A DNA stretch of 64,000 nt, from positions 480,001 to 544,000 of the forward strand of contig CBDFIJ010000004.1 in assembly GCA_965248055.1 (NCBI GenBank), given 5' to 3'. This document shows, in pieces, positions 1 to 10,408 of the stretch. The stretch's first letter is position 1. Every line of letters begins with the position of its first letter. The translations under genes and the position numbers were made by a program. This stretch comes from Candidatus Multivoradales bacterium. Its GTDB lineage: Bacteria; Acidobacteriota; Thermoanaerobaculia; Multivoradales; JAHEKO01. Below the pieces are notes generated by a model. The model was not told the DNA's origin, made no database searches, and saw only the letters and a list, made by a program, of their open reading frames with translations.

Positions 1-1080
1 TCCGATCAAGTGGCAGCCGGACTCAACGCCAATCTGAAAACCAGTTTCGAACGTTTCTTTTCCTCATCCGCAGAGATCGATACAACCGCATGGCTGGAAC
101 TTACCGCTGCGCTAGTCGTCGGTTCCGCGGTTTATGCAATCGCGGTATTTATCGCCGGCACGTTGGTGTTTGGAGTCTCGCGCGCGGTGAACCGACTGAG
201 CCACGCCACCAACGCTCTACGCCAAGGCGACTTCTCGGCGCGCATTCCGGTGCGGCGCAAAGATCAAATCGGTGACCTGCAGCGTTCCTTCAATGCCATG
301 GCGGCCGATCTGGAAAACTTGGTGGCAACTGCGGCACAAAAAGAGGCCCTCGACAGCGAGTTGGAGGTAGCGCGCGATCTGCAGCAGAGCCTGCTACCAG
401 CCTCGCTACCCAGCGGTGATCAAGTCGAATTCTCGACTTTGTTCGAACCCAGCGCGGCGATCGGCGGAGATTTTTTTGACGTCGTTCGACTAGACGAAAC
501 CCGGCTGGCAGTGGTGGTGGCCGACGTCGCCGGTCACGGCCTGCCGACTGGACTTCGCATGGCGATGTTCAAAGCCGCGCTGGAGATCCTGATCGCTGAC
601 CGCAAGCCAATCGAGACCATCCTGACTAGGTTGTCGTCGATGATCCGGGGTGCCAGCGGGCGCAGGTATTTCGTCACCGCGGCCATTTCGATCATTGATC
701 TAAAGAAAGAAACCCTTTCGGTGACCAACGCTGGTCACCCACCGGTCTACCGAAAGCGTGGCGATCAGGTGACCGAAGTGCTGATCCCCGGAACCGCACT
801 GGGCACCTTGGACGACAACTACGGACGTAAAGACGTCGGTCTTGCACCCGGGGACTTTGTGGTTTGGATGTCGGATGGGCTGATCGAGGCCACCGGACCG
901 AGCGGAGACGTCTTCGGTTATGACCGAATCATGGAAGCCTTGGCCAAACCGGCGGAGACCGCTGCGATGGTGCAAAGCAACCTGTTGTCAACGCTTCGCG
1001 ACTTCACCCAAGACGACCCTGCCGAAGACGATCGCACCCTGGTGGTGATGCGCTACCGGACCACTACCACCGTCGTCTAA
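1..1080 (+). CDS. HAMP + SpoIIE/PP2C serine phosphatase (RsbU-like), 5' truncated by window edge
   Basis: TM helix, HAMP (DQIGDLQRSFNAM), PP2C motifs IGGDFFD, ADVAGHG, NAGHPP, SDGLIEA, DDRT; frame open to base 1. Confidence 0.9.
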   Translation, partial: SDQVAAGLNANLKTSFERFFSSSAEIDTTAWLELTAALVVGSAVYAIAVFIAGTLVFGVSRAVNRLSHATNALRQGDFSARIPVRRKDQIGDLQRSFNAMAADLENLVATAAQKEALDSELEVARDLQQSLLPASLPSGDQVEFSTLFEPSAAIGGDFFDVVRLDETRLAVVVADVAGHGLPTGLRMAMFKAALEILIADRKPIETILTRLSSMIRGASGRRYFVTAAISIIDLKKETLSVTNAGHPPVYRKRGDQVTEVLIPGTALGTLDDNYGRKDVGLAPGDFVVWMSDGLIEATGPSGDVFGYDRIMEALAKPAETAAMVQSNLLSTLRDFTQDDPAEDDRTLVVMRYRTTTTVV

Positions 1081-1153
1081 ACAGTATCGAGCCGCCCCAG
1101 GTCTGGATGCCCCATATCTGGAGGCCCAGACCTAGAAACCCAAAATCAGAAAA

Positions 1154-1873
1154 CTAAGAGGGTTCTGGGTCGATTTCGAGATAAGAACGGATGCGCTCGA
1201 TGTAATCCCTGGTCTCGCGATACGGCGGTACCCCCTGATACCGATCCACCGTCGCTTCCCCGGCGTTGTAAGCAGCCAAGATCAGGTCGAGAGAACCACT
1301 GAATCGATCTTTGAGCCAGGCGATATAACGAACACCGGTTTCGATATTGGTTTCCGGGTCAAACAGGGCACTAGGCTTGGCGCCAAAACGAATCCCGGTC
1401 GCTGGCATTACCTGCATCAATCCCCTCGCCCCCTTCGGCGAGACCACCTGCGAGCGAAACGAAGACTCGACGCGCGCCATCGCCGCGATCAACTGTGGGT
1501 TGAGACCGTGACGAGCCGCCGCCTGCAACATCAAATCGCCAAACGGCACGTCGGGGGCAGTATCTTCTAGCCTGTGCTCAAGGCGGAAGCTGCCTCCCTT
1601 CCCAGGCTCCACCAGTTCGACAATCGGTTCTAGCTCGTCTTCAACAATACGCTCGACGCGAGTCAGCGACAGGTAGAGCGTGCCGCCCGAGGTCAAGCTG
1701 ACGCGCACTCTGCTGCCGATCACTTCAAATTCAGAGATCTTGAGGAATCCGCCACCCTCCAACACCAAGATCTCTGCCGACACGGGCAGCGCCGAGAGCG
1801 CCAGCGCCAAGCCAATCGCCATCGCCGCAGCAAACTTGATCCTGGCGAAACCAGCTTCAGGGAAATCAGTCAT
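1154..1873 (-). CDS. lytic transglycosylase, SLT domain, signal peptide
   Basis: VESSF, GARGLMQVMP, AAYNAG and YRETRDYI motifs. Confidence 0.9.
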   Translation of the reverse strand: MTDFPEAGFARIKFAAAMAIGLALALSALPVSAEILVLEGGGFLKISEFEVIGSRVRVSLTSGGTLYLSLTRVERIVEDELEPIVELVEPGKGGSFRLEHRLEDTAPDVPFGDLMLQAAARHGLNPQLIAAMARVESSFRSQVVSPKGARGLMQVMPATGIRFGAKPSALFDPETNIETGVRYIAWLKDRFSGSLDLILAAYNAGEATVDRYQGVPPYRETRDYIERIRSYLEIDPEPS

Positions 1874-2778
1874 GACTGTTCGGCTCGAGGATGGTGCAAG
1901 TCATAGAGGTCGCGGAGACGGCGTTGGTGGATGTGGGTGTAGATCTGGGTGGTCGAGATATCTGCGTGGCCCAACATCATCTGCACCGCTCGCAAGTCCG
2001 CGCCGTGCTCCAGCAGGTGGGTGGCAAAGCTATGGCGCAACAAATGGGGGTACACTTCGGGCACCCCAACCTTTTTGCCATAGCGTTTGAGGTTCTTCCA
2101 AAACCCCTGGCGGGTCAAGGAAGTGCCCAATCGGTTGAGAAAAACACACTCGGTGCGGGTTCTGATTAAGTCTGGCCGCACCTGATCGGTGTAACGTCGC
2201 AGCCAAGACTCAGCACGGTCGCCCACCGGGACCACCCTTTCCTTGGACCCCTTTCCGTAGGCGAGCAAAAACCCTGCATCGAGCCTCAGTTGAGCCAATT
2301 CCAGATCCACCAACTCGGAGACCCGTAGACCGCTGGCGTAGAGCAGTTCGATCATCGCCCGATCGCGGATACCCAAGGGTTTAGTGGTATCTGGAGCCGA
2401 TAGCAACTGCTCAACTTCCTGTTCTGAGAGCACCTTAGGCAAATGACGCCAGAGTCTCGCAGGAGAGAGATCGCGAGTCGGTTGATCTTGCCGCTCCCCC
2501 AGCTCAATCAAGTGGGCAAAAAAACCACGGATCACACTCAGGGCCCGGTTCACAGTACGGGGCGACAAGTTACGACGGCGCTGCGAACGAAAATAGTCGG
2601 AGAGCTCAGCGGCGGTCGCGCGGTGCAACTCCACTTGGCGCTGGTGCAGCCAACTGCCAATCGCGACTAGGTCACGGCGGTAGGCATCTACCGTTCTCTC
2701 GCTCAGACCGCGCTCCAGCAATAGTGATTCAAGATAGCGGTCCACCGGGCGGCGCCATTCTTGTCGACCTTCGGTCAT
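1870..2778 (-). CDS. xerD: site-specific tyrosine recombinase XerD
   Basis: [53 protein letters not shown]; start reassigned to MTEGRQ at 2778 because the longer ORF overlaps the upstream gene. Confidence 0.92.
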   Translation of the reverse strand: MTEGRQEWRRPVDRYLESLLLERGLSERTVDAYRRDLVAIGSWLHQRQVELHRATAAELSDYFRSQRRRNLSPRTVNRALSVIRGFFAHLIELGERQDQPTRDLSPARLWRHLPKVLSEQEVEQLLSAPDTTKPLGIRDRAMIELLYASGLRVSELVDLELAQLRLDAGFLLAYGKGSKERVVPVGDRAESWLRRYTDQVRPDLIRTRTECVFLNRLGTSLTRQGFWKNLKRYGKKVGVPEVYPHLLRHSFATHLLEHGADLRAVQMMLGHADISTTQIYTHIHQRRLRDLYDLHHPRAEQS

Positions 2779-2791
2779 ACTGGATCCGCGA

Positions 2792-4036
2792 CTAGGAGGT
2801 GGATGGGCTGCCCTGGTGAGCTCGGCACAGAGCCATGATCTGATCGTCCTCCAATACCTTGCTGGAGGCCTTGGCCACCTGGAAGATGGCATTGACCAAT
2901 TCTTCTGCCGGTTCAATACCGCGATCGGACAGCCAACAGACAACATTAGACTCGCCGCTCATCGGTCCAACATCCACTGCTTGCCGGCGCCCAACATAGC
3001 TGGCTGGGACCCCGGAATAGACCAGATCGGCGAGCCACTCGTCGCCTTTGGCGCGCGCTTTGACGATCGCCGCCGCGTGTACCCCAGTCGCGGTGCGAAA
3101 GGCGTCTCGACCGATCACCGGGTAGTTGTCCTGTAGCGGTACCTGGGTGGTCTCGGCGACCAACTCACAATAGTCCGGCAGTGCTGACAAGTCATTGTCG
3201 ATCCAGCCGAGCAATTTCATATTGACCATCACCAAATCAATCGGCGTATTGCCACTGCGCTCGCCAATGCCCAGCGCGGTGCCGTGAATGCGGTCGGCTC
3301 CGGCTTCCACTGCAGCCAAGGTATTGATAACCGACATGCCGCGATCTTTGTGCCCGTGCCAATCGACCGCCACCTCTTCGCCGGTCGCGTCCACGACCTG
3401 GCGAATAAACCGCACCACGCTGGCGGCTCCGTCAGGGGTGGCGTGGCCCACCGTGTCGGAAATGCAAACTCTCCGAGCTCCAGCCTCGACCGCAGCGGTA
3501 TAGAGCTGTTTCAGATCTTCAGGAGCCGCTCGGGTGGTGTCTTCGGTGACATACATCACCGGCAGCCCTTCGCTGACCGCGTATTCCACCGCCTCCGCAC
3601 TCAACCGCAGCAGGCGTGCCAAATCCCAACCCTCGGTGTACTGGCGAACCGGGCTGGAGCCGATAAAACAGGCGACTTCAATCTGGATTCCTGATTTCTG
3701 GGAAATCTCGACAATCGGCTCGATGTCCTGGCGCATCGTGCGAGCGGCACAGTTGGCACTCAACTGCAGCCCTTGCTCGGCGATCTCCTGGGCCAAGCGC
3801 AGCACGTCGGAGACCACGTGAGGACCCGCTCCTGGCAGGCCTATATCTGCGGCGTCCATCCCTAACTCTTCCATGTAGTGCAACATCCGCAGCTTGTCGT
3901 CGATCGATGGAACGGTGACCGATGGAGATTGCAGCCCATCGCGCAAGGTCTCGTCGTTGAGTTCGACCCGACCGCGTGCCGGTTGCGGCACTCGGTCCGC
4001 CGTGTTCCAGTCGTAGATTAGCTCCGCCTCACGCAT
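2792..4036 (-). CDS. LeuA-family DRE-TIM condensing enzyme (2-isopropylmalate/homocitrate synthase-like), no C-terminal regulatory domain
   Basis: DETLRDGLQ, DTVGH, HGHKDRG, GIGERSGN; likely start MREAELIYDWN with TATAAT 10 nt upstream. Confidence 0.85.
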   Translation of the reverse strand: MREAELIYDWNTADRVPQPARGRVELNDETLRDGLQSPSVTVPSIDDKLRMLHYMEELGMDAADIGLPGAGPHVVSDVLRLAQEIAEQGLQLSANCAARTMRQDIEPIVEISQKSGIQIEVACFIGSSPVRQYTEGWDLARLLRLSAEAVEYAVSEGLPVMYVTEDTTRAAPEDLKQLYTAAVEAGARRVCISDTVGHATPDGAASVVRFIRQVVDATGEEVAVDWHGHKDRGMSVINTLAAVEAGADRIHGTALGIGERSGNTPIDLVMVNMKLLGWIDNDLSALPDYCELVAETTQVPLQDNYPVIGRDAFRTATGVHAAAIVKARAKGDEWLADLVYSGVPASYVGRRQAVDVGPMSGESNVVCWLSDRGIEPAEELVNAIFQVAKASSKVLEDDQIMALCRAHQGSPSTS

Positions 4037-4217
4037 ACAACCACCAATTATAAGCCTGCGCATCAACATCTTGGCTCGTATTGCCAAATACGGTGTGACA
4101 GACATCCGGTGGGTCAGTTTTCCAATGGACTACAATCCAGACCAGCTTTTCAACGGGCCGTTGGTGGCCCCAAAATAGCGAGCCACTGCTCGAACGCGAA
4201 GGAACCAAGGAGGAACA

Positions 4218-6002
4218 ATGCGCAGAACATGGACTACCCTACTGACTGCCGGGCTATTCGTCATAGCTCCAGTCGTCGTGGCCAATCCAGCCGAGGCCCA
4301 GGCGCCCCTACAAGTCGGCACCATTGAATCGATCTCAATTCAATCGGAAAGCCTAGATCGATCTGGAGCCCGGCGAACCGCCGACGGCTGGACCTTAGAA
4401 ATCCACCATCCAGGGGCGACCTACGTCGCTCTTCATTTCTCGAAATTTGACCTTCCATCAGGTGAGCGCGTCACCATTTCAGATTCCCAGGGTGGGCAGT
4501 CATACGTCTTGTCTGGTAAGGGAAAAATGGAAGCGGGGACCTTCTGGTCTCAGCACATCAAAGGCGAGCGTGCGATGATCAACTTCACCACCCGTCGCGC
4601 ATTGGCTAACGGCTTCGAGATCGACAAATACGGAGCCGGGAATGTGAACATTGGCTTCACTCCCGAAGCAATTTGCGGTGCAGACGACAAGGACAACGCG
4701 GTTTGCTTCGAAAATTCCCATCCGGTTGAGTACGACAAGGGCCGTGCAGTTGCCCGGTTACTCATCAGCGGGTCAAGCCTGTGTACCGGCTGGCTTGCCT
4801 CAGCCGACAACCATCTAGTTACCAACGAGCACTGCATTACCACCGCAACCGCAGCGCTCAACACCGATTACGAATTCATGGCAGAAGCAGCCAACTGCGG
4901 TGACAGCAACTGCCAGCTTTGCCACGCCGGGACCGTATTCAGTGGGGCCACCTTTATTCAGGACAATGCAGCACTCGACTACGCATTGGTACAAATCAAT
5001 AGCGCCAATCCTGCAGCAACCTATGGTTATTTGGAGATCGATGACCGTGCGGCAACAATCGGCGAGCAGATCTATATCCCGCAGTACCCAGGAGGTCGCG
5101 CCAAGGAGCTGGGTATCGTCAGTAGTGATCCAGGTAACGTGAGCGGAGTCTGTGAAGTCGATGGATTCTCCGCCGGTTGTAGCAGCAGCGCCTACCAGGA
5201 CGTTGGCTATCAATGCGATACCGAAGGTGGATCCTCCGGTTCTCCGGTCTTGGCTAGCAGTTCACATAAGGTCATTGCCTTGCATCACTGCGCCAACTGC
5301 CCTAACCGGGGCGTTCCCATCACCCTGGTGTGCGACGAAATTTGCGACATCATCCAGCCAGCTTGTGCGGTAGACGCAGATTGCAATGACGGCAATAGCT
5401 GCACCGATGATATTTGCCTAGCCGGCTCTTGCACCAACGATCCGATTCCCAATTGTTGTGGTGACGGCACCTGTGATTTGGGTGAAGACTGCAATAGCTG
5501 TGCTGCGGATTGCGTCTCAGGAACTTCTTCGGGGGCCACTTGTGGCAACGGACTCTGTGAAGCAGCGGACGGTGAGAACTGCCTCACCTGCGCCACAGAC
5601 TGCAACGGCAAGCAAAATGGCAAACCCTCCAATCGTTTCTGCTGCGGCGACGGTGGTGGAGAAAACCCAGTCGGCTGTGGTGATTCCCGCTGCAACACCG
5701 GCGGCTTCAATTGCACCACCACTCCGGCTTCCGGGGGTGCATTCTGTTGCGGAGACAACCTTTGCGACAGTGGCGAAAGCTGCGCCAATTGTCGCCTAGA
5801 CTGCGACCAAGGTTTCGAGGCTTGCAGCAATGGTTCGGATGACGATTGCGACGGCCTGATCGACTGCAACGACCCAGACTGCACTAACGATGCTGCCTGT
5901 CAGGGTGGCACCGGCGGCCAAAAGGGTGACCCTTGCACCTCCAACGCTCAATGTGACTCCGGTAAGTGCCGTGGTCCAGCGGGCAACATGAGGTGTAAGT
6001 AG
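4218..6002 (+). CDS. secreted trypsin-like (lysyl endopeptidase-like) serine protease with Cys-rich C-terminal repeats
   Basis: AGGAGG RBS; signal peptide; triad TNEHC / LDYAL / GGSSGSP; CGDGxC-type and CSNGxDDDCDGLIDC repeats. Confidence 0.85.
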   Translation: MRRTWTTLLTAGLFVIAPVVVANPAEAQAPLQVGTIESISIQSESLDRSGARRTADGWTLEIHHPGATYVALHFSKFDLPSGERVTISDSQGGQSYVLSGKGKMEAGTFWSQHIKGERAMINFTTRRALANGFEIDKYGAGNVNIGFTPEAICGADDKDNAVCFENSHPVEYDKGRAVARLLISGSSLCTGWLASADNHLVTNEHCITTATAALNTDYEFMAEAANCGDSNCQLCHAGTVFSGATFIQDNAALDYALVQINSANPAATYGYLEIDDRAATIGEQIYIPQYPGGRAKELGIVSSDPGNVSGVCEVDGFSAGCSSSAYQDVGYQCDTEGGSSGSPVLASSSHKVIALHHCANCPNRGVPITLVCDEICDIIQPACAVDADCNDGNSCTDDICLAGSCTNDPIPNCCGDGTCDLGEDCNSCAADCVSGTSSGATCGNGLCEAADGENCLTCATDCNGKQNGKPSNRFCCGDGGGENPVGCGDSRCNTGGFNCTTTPASGGAFCCGDNLCDSGESCANCRLDCDQGFEACSNGSDDDCDGLIDCNDPDCTNDAACQGGTGGQKGDPCTSNAQCDSGKCRGPAGNMRCK

Positions 6003-6025
6003 GCTGCACTTCTCAGCTCACGTCC

Positions 6026-6063
6026 AAGGCCGGTGGGGTTTCTCACCGGCCTTTCTCGTTTTG
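6026..6063 (+). terminator. probable rho-independent terminator
   Basis: AAGGCCGGTG / CACCGGCCTT 10-bp inverted repeat followed by TCTCGTTTTG just after the protease stop. Confidence 0.7.
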
Positions 6064-6225
6064 TGGAATCCGCGGGGGTTTACGGGCCGGTTGCACTACC
6101 GGCCCGTAGTGCATTCACTCAGGCACCCCGACCCAAGGGCAGCGAGTAGTCCTTCCCTGATAGTTCGCTTTGGGACCCTCTCTTGAAAAACCGTGAGTGG
6201 ACTAGGAAGGGTCGGTATGAACGTG

Positions 6226-7305
6226 TCAGCCAGCCACAGCTTCGGCAATCAGAGAACCGAAACCCTCGGTGCTCATATCGCCACCAAGATCAGCCGTACA
6301 CCTGCGATCCCGTACCGCTTGGGACACCGCATCCTCCACCGCTTGTCCGGCCTGACGATGGCCTAAGTGGTCAAGCATCAACCCCACGGTGACGATTGCC
6401 GCGGCTGGGTTCGCCTTGCCAGTGCCCGCGTACTTGGGGGCCGATCCATGCACCGGTTCAAACATCGAAGTTTGTCCTGGGTGCAGATTGGCCGAAGCGG
6501 CGAGACCCAAGCCGCCCTGGAGCGCCGCTCCGAGGTCGGTGATGATGTCGCCAAACATATTGTTGGTGACGATCACCTCAAACTGCTCTGGCTTGCGCAC
6601 CATCTGCATCACCAGGGCATCGACGTACATGTGCGAGGCCTCGATCTGAGGATAGCGCTCCTGCATTTCAGCAAAACAACGTTGCCACAGGTCATGGCCG
6701 TAGCGCATGACGTTGGACTTGTCCGCCATCAGCACCTTGGAGTGACCGTGGCTGACCGCGTACTCAAAGGCGGCAATCAAGATGCGATCGACCCCTTTGC
6801 GAGTGTGGATTTCCTCCTGCACCGCCACTTCATCCAAATGACCCCGCTTGAATTGGCCGCCGATGCCAACGTACGCGCCCTCGGTGTTCTCCCGCAGAAT
6901 CACCATCTCGATGTCTTCCGGGGTCTTGTCCTTGAGCGGACACAGTCGTGGGTCGTAGACCCGAATCGGCCGCAGGTTGATGTAGAGATCGAGGCCAAAA
7001 CGAATGCCGAGCAAGATGTCGGCAGCGTGCTTCATGTCCGGCACTCGCGGATCGCCGAAAGCGCCGATGAAAACCGCAGCATACTCATCGCGGAACCGAT
7101 CCAACATCCCCTCAGGCAAGGTCTCGCCGGTATCTAGGTAGCGATCAGCGTCCCAGGGAAAGCTCTCGGTTTCAATCGGTAGGTCAAACCGCTGCACAGC
7201 AGCGTCGAGAACGCGCATCGCTTCGACGGTAACGTCTTTGCCAATTCCGTCTCCCGGAATGACCGCGATGCGCTGAAGGTTGCTTTCGTCTTGCTCCTGA
7301 GTCAT
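6226..7305 (-). CDS. isocitrate/isopropylmalate/tartrate dehydrogenase family protein (LeuB-like)
   Basis: IPGDGIG, RENTEG, DKSNV, NMFGDIITD, FEPVHGSAP. Confidence 0.9.
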   Translation of the reverse strand: MTQEQDESNLQRIAVIPGDGIGKDVTVEAMRVLDAAVQRFDLPIETESFPWDADRYLDTGETLPEGMLDRFRDEYAAVFIGAFGDPRVPDMKHAADILLGIRFGLDLYINLRPIRVYDPRLCPLKDKTPEDIEMVILRENTEGAYVGIGGQFKRGHLDEVAVQEEIHTRKGVDRILIAAFEYAVSHGHSKVLMADKSNVMRYGHDLWQRCFAEMQERYPQIEASHMYVDALVMQMVRKPEQFEVIVTNNMFGDIITDLGAALQGGLGLAASANLHPGQTSMFEPVHGSAPKYAGTGKANPAAAIVTVGLMLDHLGHRQAGQAVEDAVSQAVRDRRCTADLGGDMSTEGFGSLIAEAVAG

Positions 7306-7391
7306 TGAGCGATGGTAGCACGCGACCAGACGCTCAAAACACCGCCCAAACCGGCTCTACCGGCGGTCGCTATGGGGTAGCTATAGGGTAG

Positions 7392-8579
7392 TTAACCGCC
7401 AGCTACAAGCCGACAAAGATGCCCGGTAATAATCGCCAGATAGTTACCCATCGCGTAACCCAGCAGCGCCATCAAAATCGACGCAGGGACCAAGGTTTCC
7501 CGATGGTGAGCCGCAACAACCGGCGCCGAAGCGGCACCGCCAACATTTGCTGCTGAAGCGATCGCAGCACTGTGCACGTCGACTTTGAGAAAATAGGCAC
7601 CGGCCAGACAAAACATCCCGTGAACTACAATCCAGATCGCCGCTCCCAGCAGGAACCAGGGGGCTTCAGCAAGCCCTTCCAGCGACGCTGAGGCTCCCAT
7701 ACGAGCGACGAAAACGTACAACACCGCCATCGCCAGATTGTGCGACGAGGGAATGTTCTTGGCCGCAGTCAGCGAAAGCAAAATGCCCATAGTGGTGACC
7801 AGCAACACCACCCAAGTTGCGGTCGAGATCACCACTTCTCCACCGAGTGACACCAAGGGTAAGTGCGGAGCAAGGGCGATCGCCGCCCAAGTGCATCCGA
7901 GTGATAAGGCGAACAGAACTAGGAAGTTGTAAAAAGAGGCAGGGACCTCCTCTTTGACCTCAGCAGCCGCGGCCGCGTCCATGCGCGCCAAGCGACCCTC
8001 ATCGACCCCAGTCCAACGGTTGAAACGGGCGGCGAAATTCTTCGACATCAACAGCAGCGGCAACCAAACGATGTAGATCGCCGAGTCTGCCAAGACCGCC
8101 AATCCGAACTGATCCGGGGGCGTTTCCAACGCTGCCGCGGCCGCTGCCAAGTTTCCCGTCCCGCCAATCCAACTACCCGCCAGAGCACCAAAACCTCTCC
8201 AGGCCTCCGGAGAGAGATGGGAATGGACAACCCAGTAGCCGATCGGGGCGCCGAGCACGATCCCAGCAGTACCCAACAACATCACCCCGACTCCACGCCC
8301 CATCACCCGCAACGCCGCCTGCACGTCCACCGACAGCAACAGCAACACGATGATCATCGGCAAACCAATCTGCCGCAAACTGTCATAAGCCGGAGAAGAC
8401 CCGGGAAGAACCCCGACATTGCGCAACACCAGCGGAATCGCATAAGTCCAGATAAGCGGAATCAGATACTTAAAAAGACGCCAGCCAGTAACCCGCTCCA
8501 GCCAAAAGAAAAAGGCAGGAACCCCGGCTAGCACTGCGAGCACACCGGCGGTTGATTGGATCATTGAGGATTCAGTCAT
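7392..8579 (-). CDS. DUF819 family integral membrane protein
   Basis: about 11 hydrophobic segments, GSWIGGTGN and SAANVGGAASAPVVA motifs. Confidence 0.8.
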   Translation of the reverse strand: MTESSMIQSTAGVLAVLAGVPAFFFWLERVTGWRLFKYLIPLIWTYAIPLVLRNVGVLPGSSPAYDSLRQIGLPMIIVLLLLSVDVQAALRVMGRGVGVMLLGTAGIVLGAPIGYWVVHSHLSPEAWRGFGALAGSWIGGTGNLAAAAAALETPPDQFGLAVLADSAIYIVWLPLLLMSKNFAARFNRWTGVDEGRLARMDAAAAAEVKEEVPASFYNFLVLFALSLGCTWAAIALAPHLPLVSLGGEVVISTATWVVLLVTTMGILLSLTAAKNIPSSHNLAMAVLYVFVARMGASASLEGLAEAPWFLLGAAIWIVVHGMFCLAGAYFLKVDVHSAAIASAANVGGAASAPVVAAHHRETLVPASILMALLGYAMGNYLAIITGHLCRLVAGG

Positions 8580-8621
8580 GGCCGGAACCTATCAAATGAG
8601 TACGCGCAGACGAGCCACAGC

Positions 8622-9344
8622 CTAGCTGGCTGGGACCAAGGGCTCGGCTTGTCGCTCACCGACCAATTCAAATTCGAACGGCAATCGTTCACACAGGAAG
8701 GCGCTGTGGACGGTCAAACCAAACGAGGCGCTACCGAGGACACTTTCGATCAGTTCGGAGTCCAGTACGTCGACGGCAACCGGAACGGCTTCAGCGTCAG
8801 GTTGTACTGCACTGATCTGTTGCAGTCCCTCTGCAGTCACCATATAGCCGAGTGCCCTCTTGCGAAAGAAACTGACTGTTTGATGCCAATTACCCAGCCC
8901 GCCGGAGGAGCGGCAACCCAATTTGGTGCGAACAACCAGTTCGGCCCCGGAGCGAATTCGCCATTCGCCTTGCGCTTCCGGCAGGACCGGAGACGCAGGG
9001 AACTCCAATTTGGCCGCTTCTGCGGGGATGCTCGCCACCCAGCGCATCGCCGGGCGCAGCCAAGTCGGGACCCAAATCGCCCGGAACAAGACCGCCGGAT
9101 TGCCGTTTTCATCGCGAACATAGAGACGCAGATTGGCCTGGGTGTGAGATACCGGAAACCAGGGCATCGAAACCGCCCGCAAGCCCCGCTGACGAAACAG
9201 CAGCGCCGAAGCAAAGTGATGCGACCGACTGTCGATGTTGACGACGTCCAAAGTCAGCCCTTCAGGAAGGCTCTCTTCGGTCTCAGCGGTAGGAATCGCC
9301 CAGTTGACATACAAGCAGTCGTGAACAACGGAACTGAGCTTCAT
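8622..9344 (-). CDS. DUF2071 (YqjF)-like protein
   Basis: CLYVNW...LPEGLTLD and NLRLYVR pattern; colinear with neighbours. Confidence 0.6.
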   Translation of the reverse strand: MKLSSVVHDCLYVNWAIPTAETEESLPEGLTLDVVNIDSRSHHFASALLFRQRGLRAVSMPWFPVSHTQANLRLYVRDENGNPAVLFRAIWVPTWLRPAMRWVASIPAEAAKLEFPASPVLPEAQGEWRIRSGAELVVRTKLGCRSSGGLGNWHQTVSFFRKRALGYMVTAEGLQQISAVQPDAEAVPVAVDVLDSELIESVLGSASFGLTVHSAFLCERLPFEFELVGERQAEPLVPAS

Positions 9345-9364
9345 AGCGAAATGGTAATCGCCGA

Positions 9365-10405
9365 CTAGGGAGATCCTGAGTCAGCCGCCAACCCCTGTGG
9401 TGAGACCCGCCAGCTAGCCTGGTGATCAAAATCCGCCAGTAGGCGCTGCTTCAAGGTCGTTTCGGCGAAGCTATTAACAAAAGCGTTGCGCGCGATGCGA
9501 ACCAGATCAGATTCTGAGTAACCGAACTCGCTTTGCAACACCTCAAACTCGCCCAGAAGAGTGGTATTGAAAAGTGGTGGATCGTCCGAGTTCACCGTCA
9601 CCGGAACACCAGCTTGATCCAGCCGAGCGAATGGGTGGGAAGAAAAGTCCTCGACCGCGTGCAATTGAACATTAGAGCTTGGACAAACCTCCAAGACCAC
9701 ACCGCTGCTGGCCAAATCGCTGACCAAGGTCGGTGAGTCAATGGCTCGAATTCCGTGCCCAATGCGCTCGGCGTGAGCGTACTCAAGAGCTGCCTCAATC
9801 GATTCAGGACCAGCGTGTTCTCCGGCGTGCGCGGTACGGGCAAGACCTCGACGCTCGGCTTCCAAAAAGTGATCGGCAAAGGGTTTGGTCGGGTGATCTT
9901 CAAAGCCAGAAAGGCCGAGTGCGGCAACCACCCCTTGATCTCGCCCTTTCAGCGCCCACTCCAGGGTCGCATCGGCCATCTCGGGAACGTTGCGCACGAC
10001 ATCGAAGATAAACCTCAGTTCAAGCCCCTGTTGCCGCGCGAATTCAACTCCCTGGCCCAGTGCCTCCATCACTGCCGAAGGATCGCGTCCATTCAGGATA
10101 TGGGTACCAATGGTGAAGTGTGCTTCGCTGTAGACAATGCCCTGCCGTATTTGCTCGCGAGCAAAGTCGCGCGTGATGAGTAAGAAGTCCTCGGGATCCC
10201 GTAGACACCGGGAGCAGGTTAAGTAGATCTCGACGAAGTGCTCAAAGTCGCGAAAATGAAACCAATCGCGTAGACCCTCGATATCAGAGGCCGGAAGCTC
10301 AATCTGATGTCGTTGAGCCAGTTGCAACAGAGTTTGAGGCGAGATCGCCCCTTCCAGGTGAACATGCAGTTCAGCCTTTGGCAAGCCAGCCAGGAGATCG
10401 GACAA
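9365..10405 (-). CDS. add: adenosine deaminase
   Basis: LPKAELHVHLEG, HAGE, RIGHG, EVCPSSN, NSDDP. Confidence 0.92.
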   Translation of the reverse strand: MSDLLAGLPKAELHVHLEGAISPQTLLQLAQRHQIELPASDIEGLRDWFHFRDFEHFVEIYLTCSRCLRDPEDFLLITRDFAREQIRQGIVYSEAHFTIGTHILNGRDPSAVMEALGQGVEFARQQGLELRFIFDVVRNVPEMADATLEWALKGRDQGVVAALGLSGFEDHPTKPFADHFLEAERRGLARTAHAGEHAGPESIEAALEYAHAERIGHGIRAIDSPTLVSDLASSGVVLEVCPSSNVQLHAVEDFSSHPFARLDQAGVPVTVNSDDPPLFNTTLLGEFEVLQSEFGYSESDLVRIARNAFVNSFAETTLKQRLLADFDHQASWRVSPQGLAADSGSP

Positions 10406-10408
10406 AAT

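Noticed and set aside
1870-2778. Tyrosine recombinase as a prophage or island integrase
   Set aside because: Typical chromosomal XerD in a housekeeping context; no att sites or phage genes.
6054-6225. 6S RNA, tmRNA, SRP RNA or hammerhead ribozyme
   Set aside because: Diagnostic motifs not found by eye (CTGATAG is not CUGAnGA; no SRP loop); kept only as unexplained structure.
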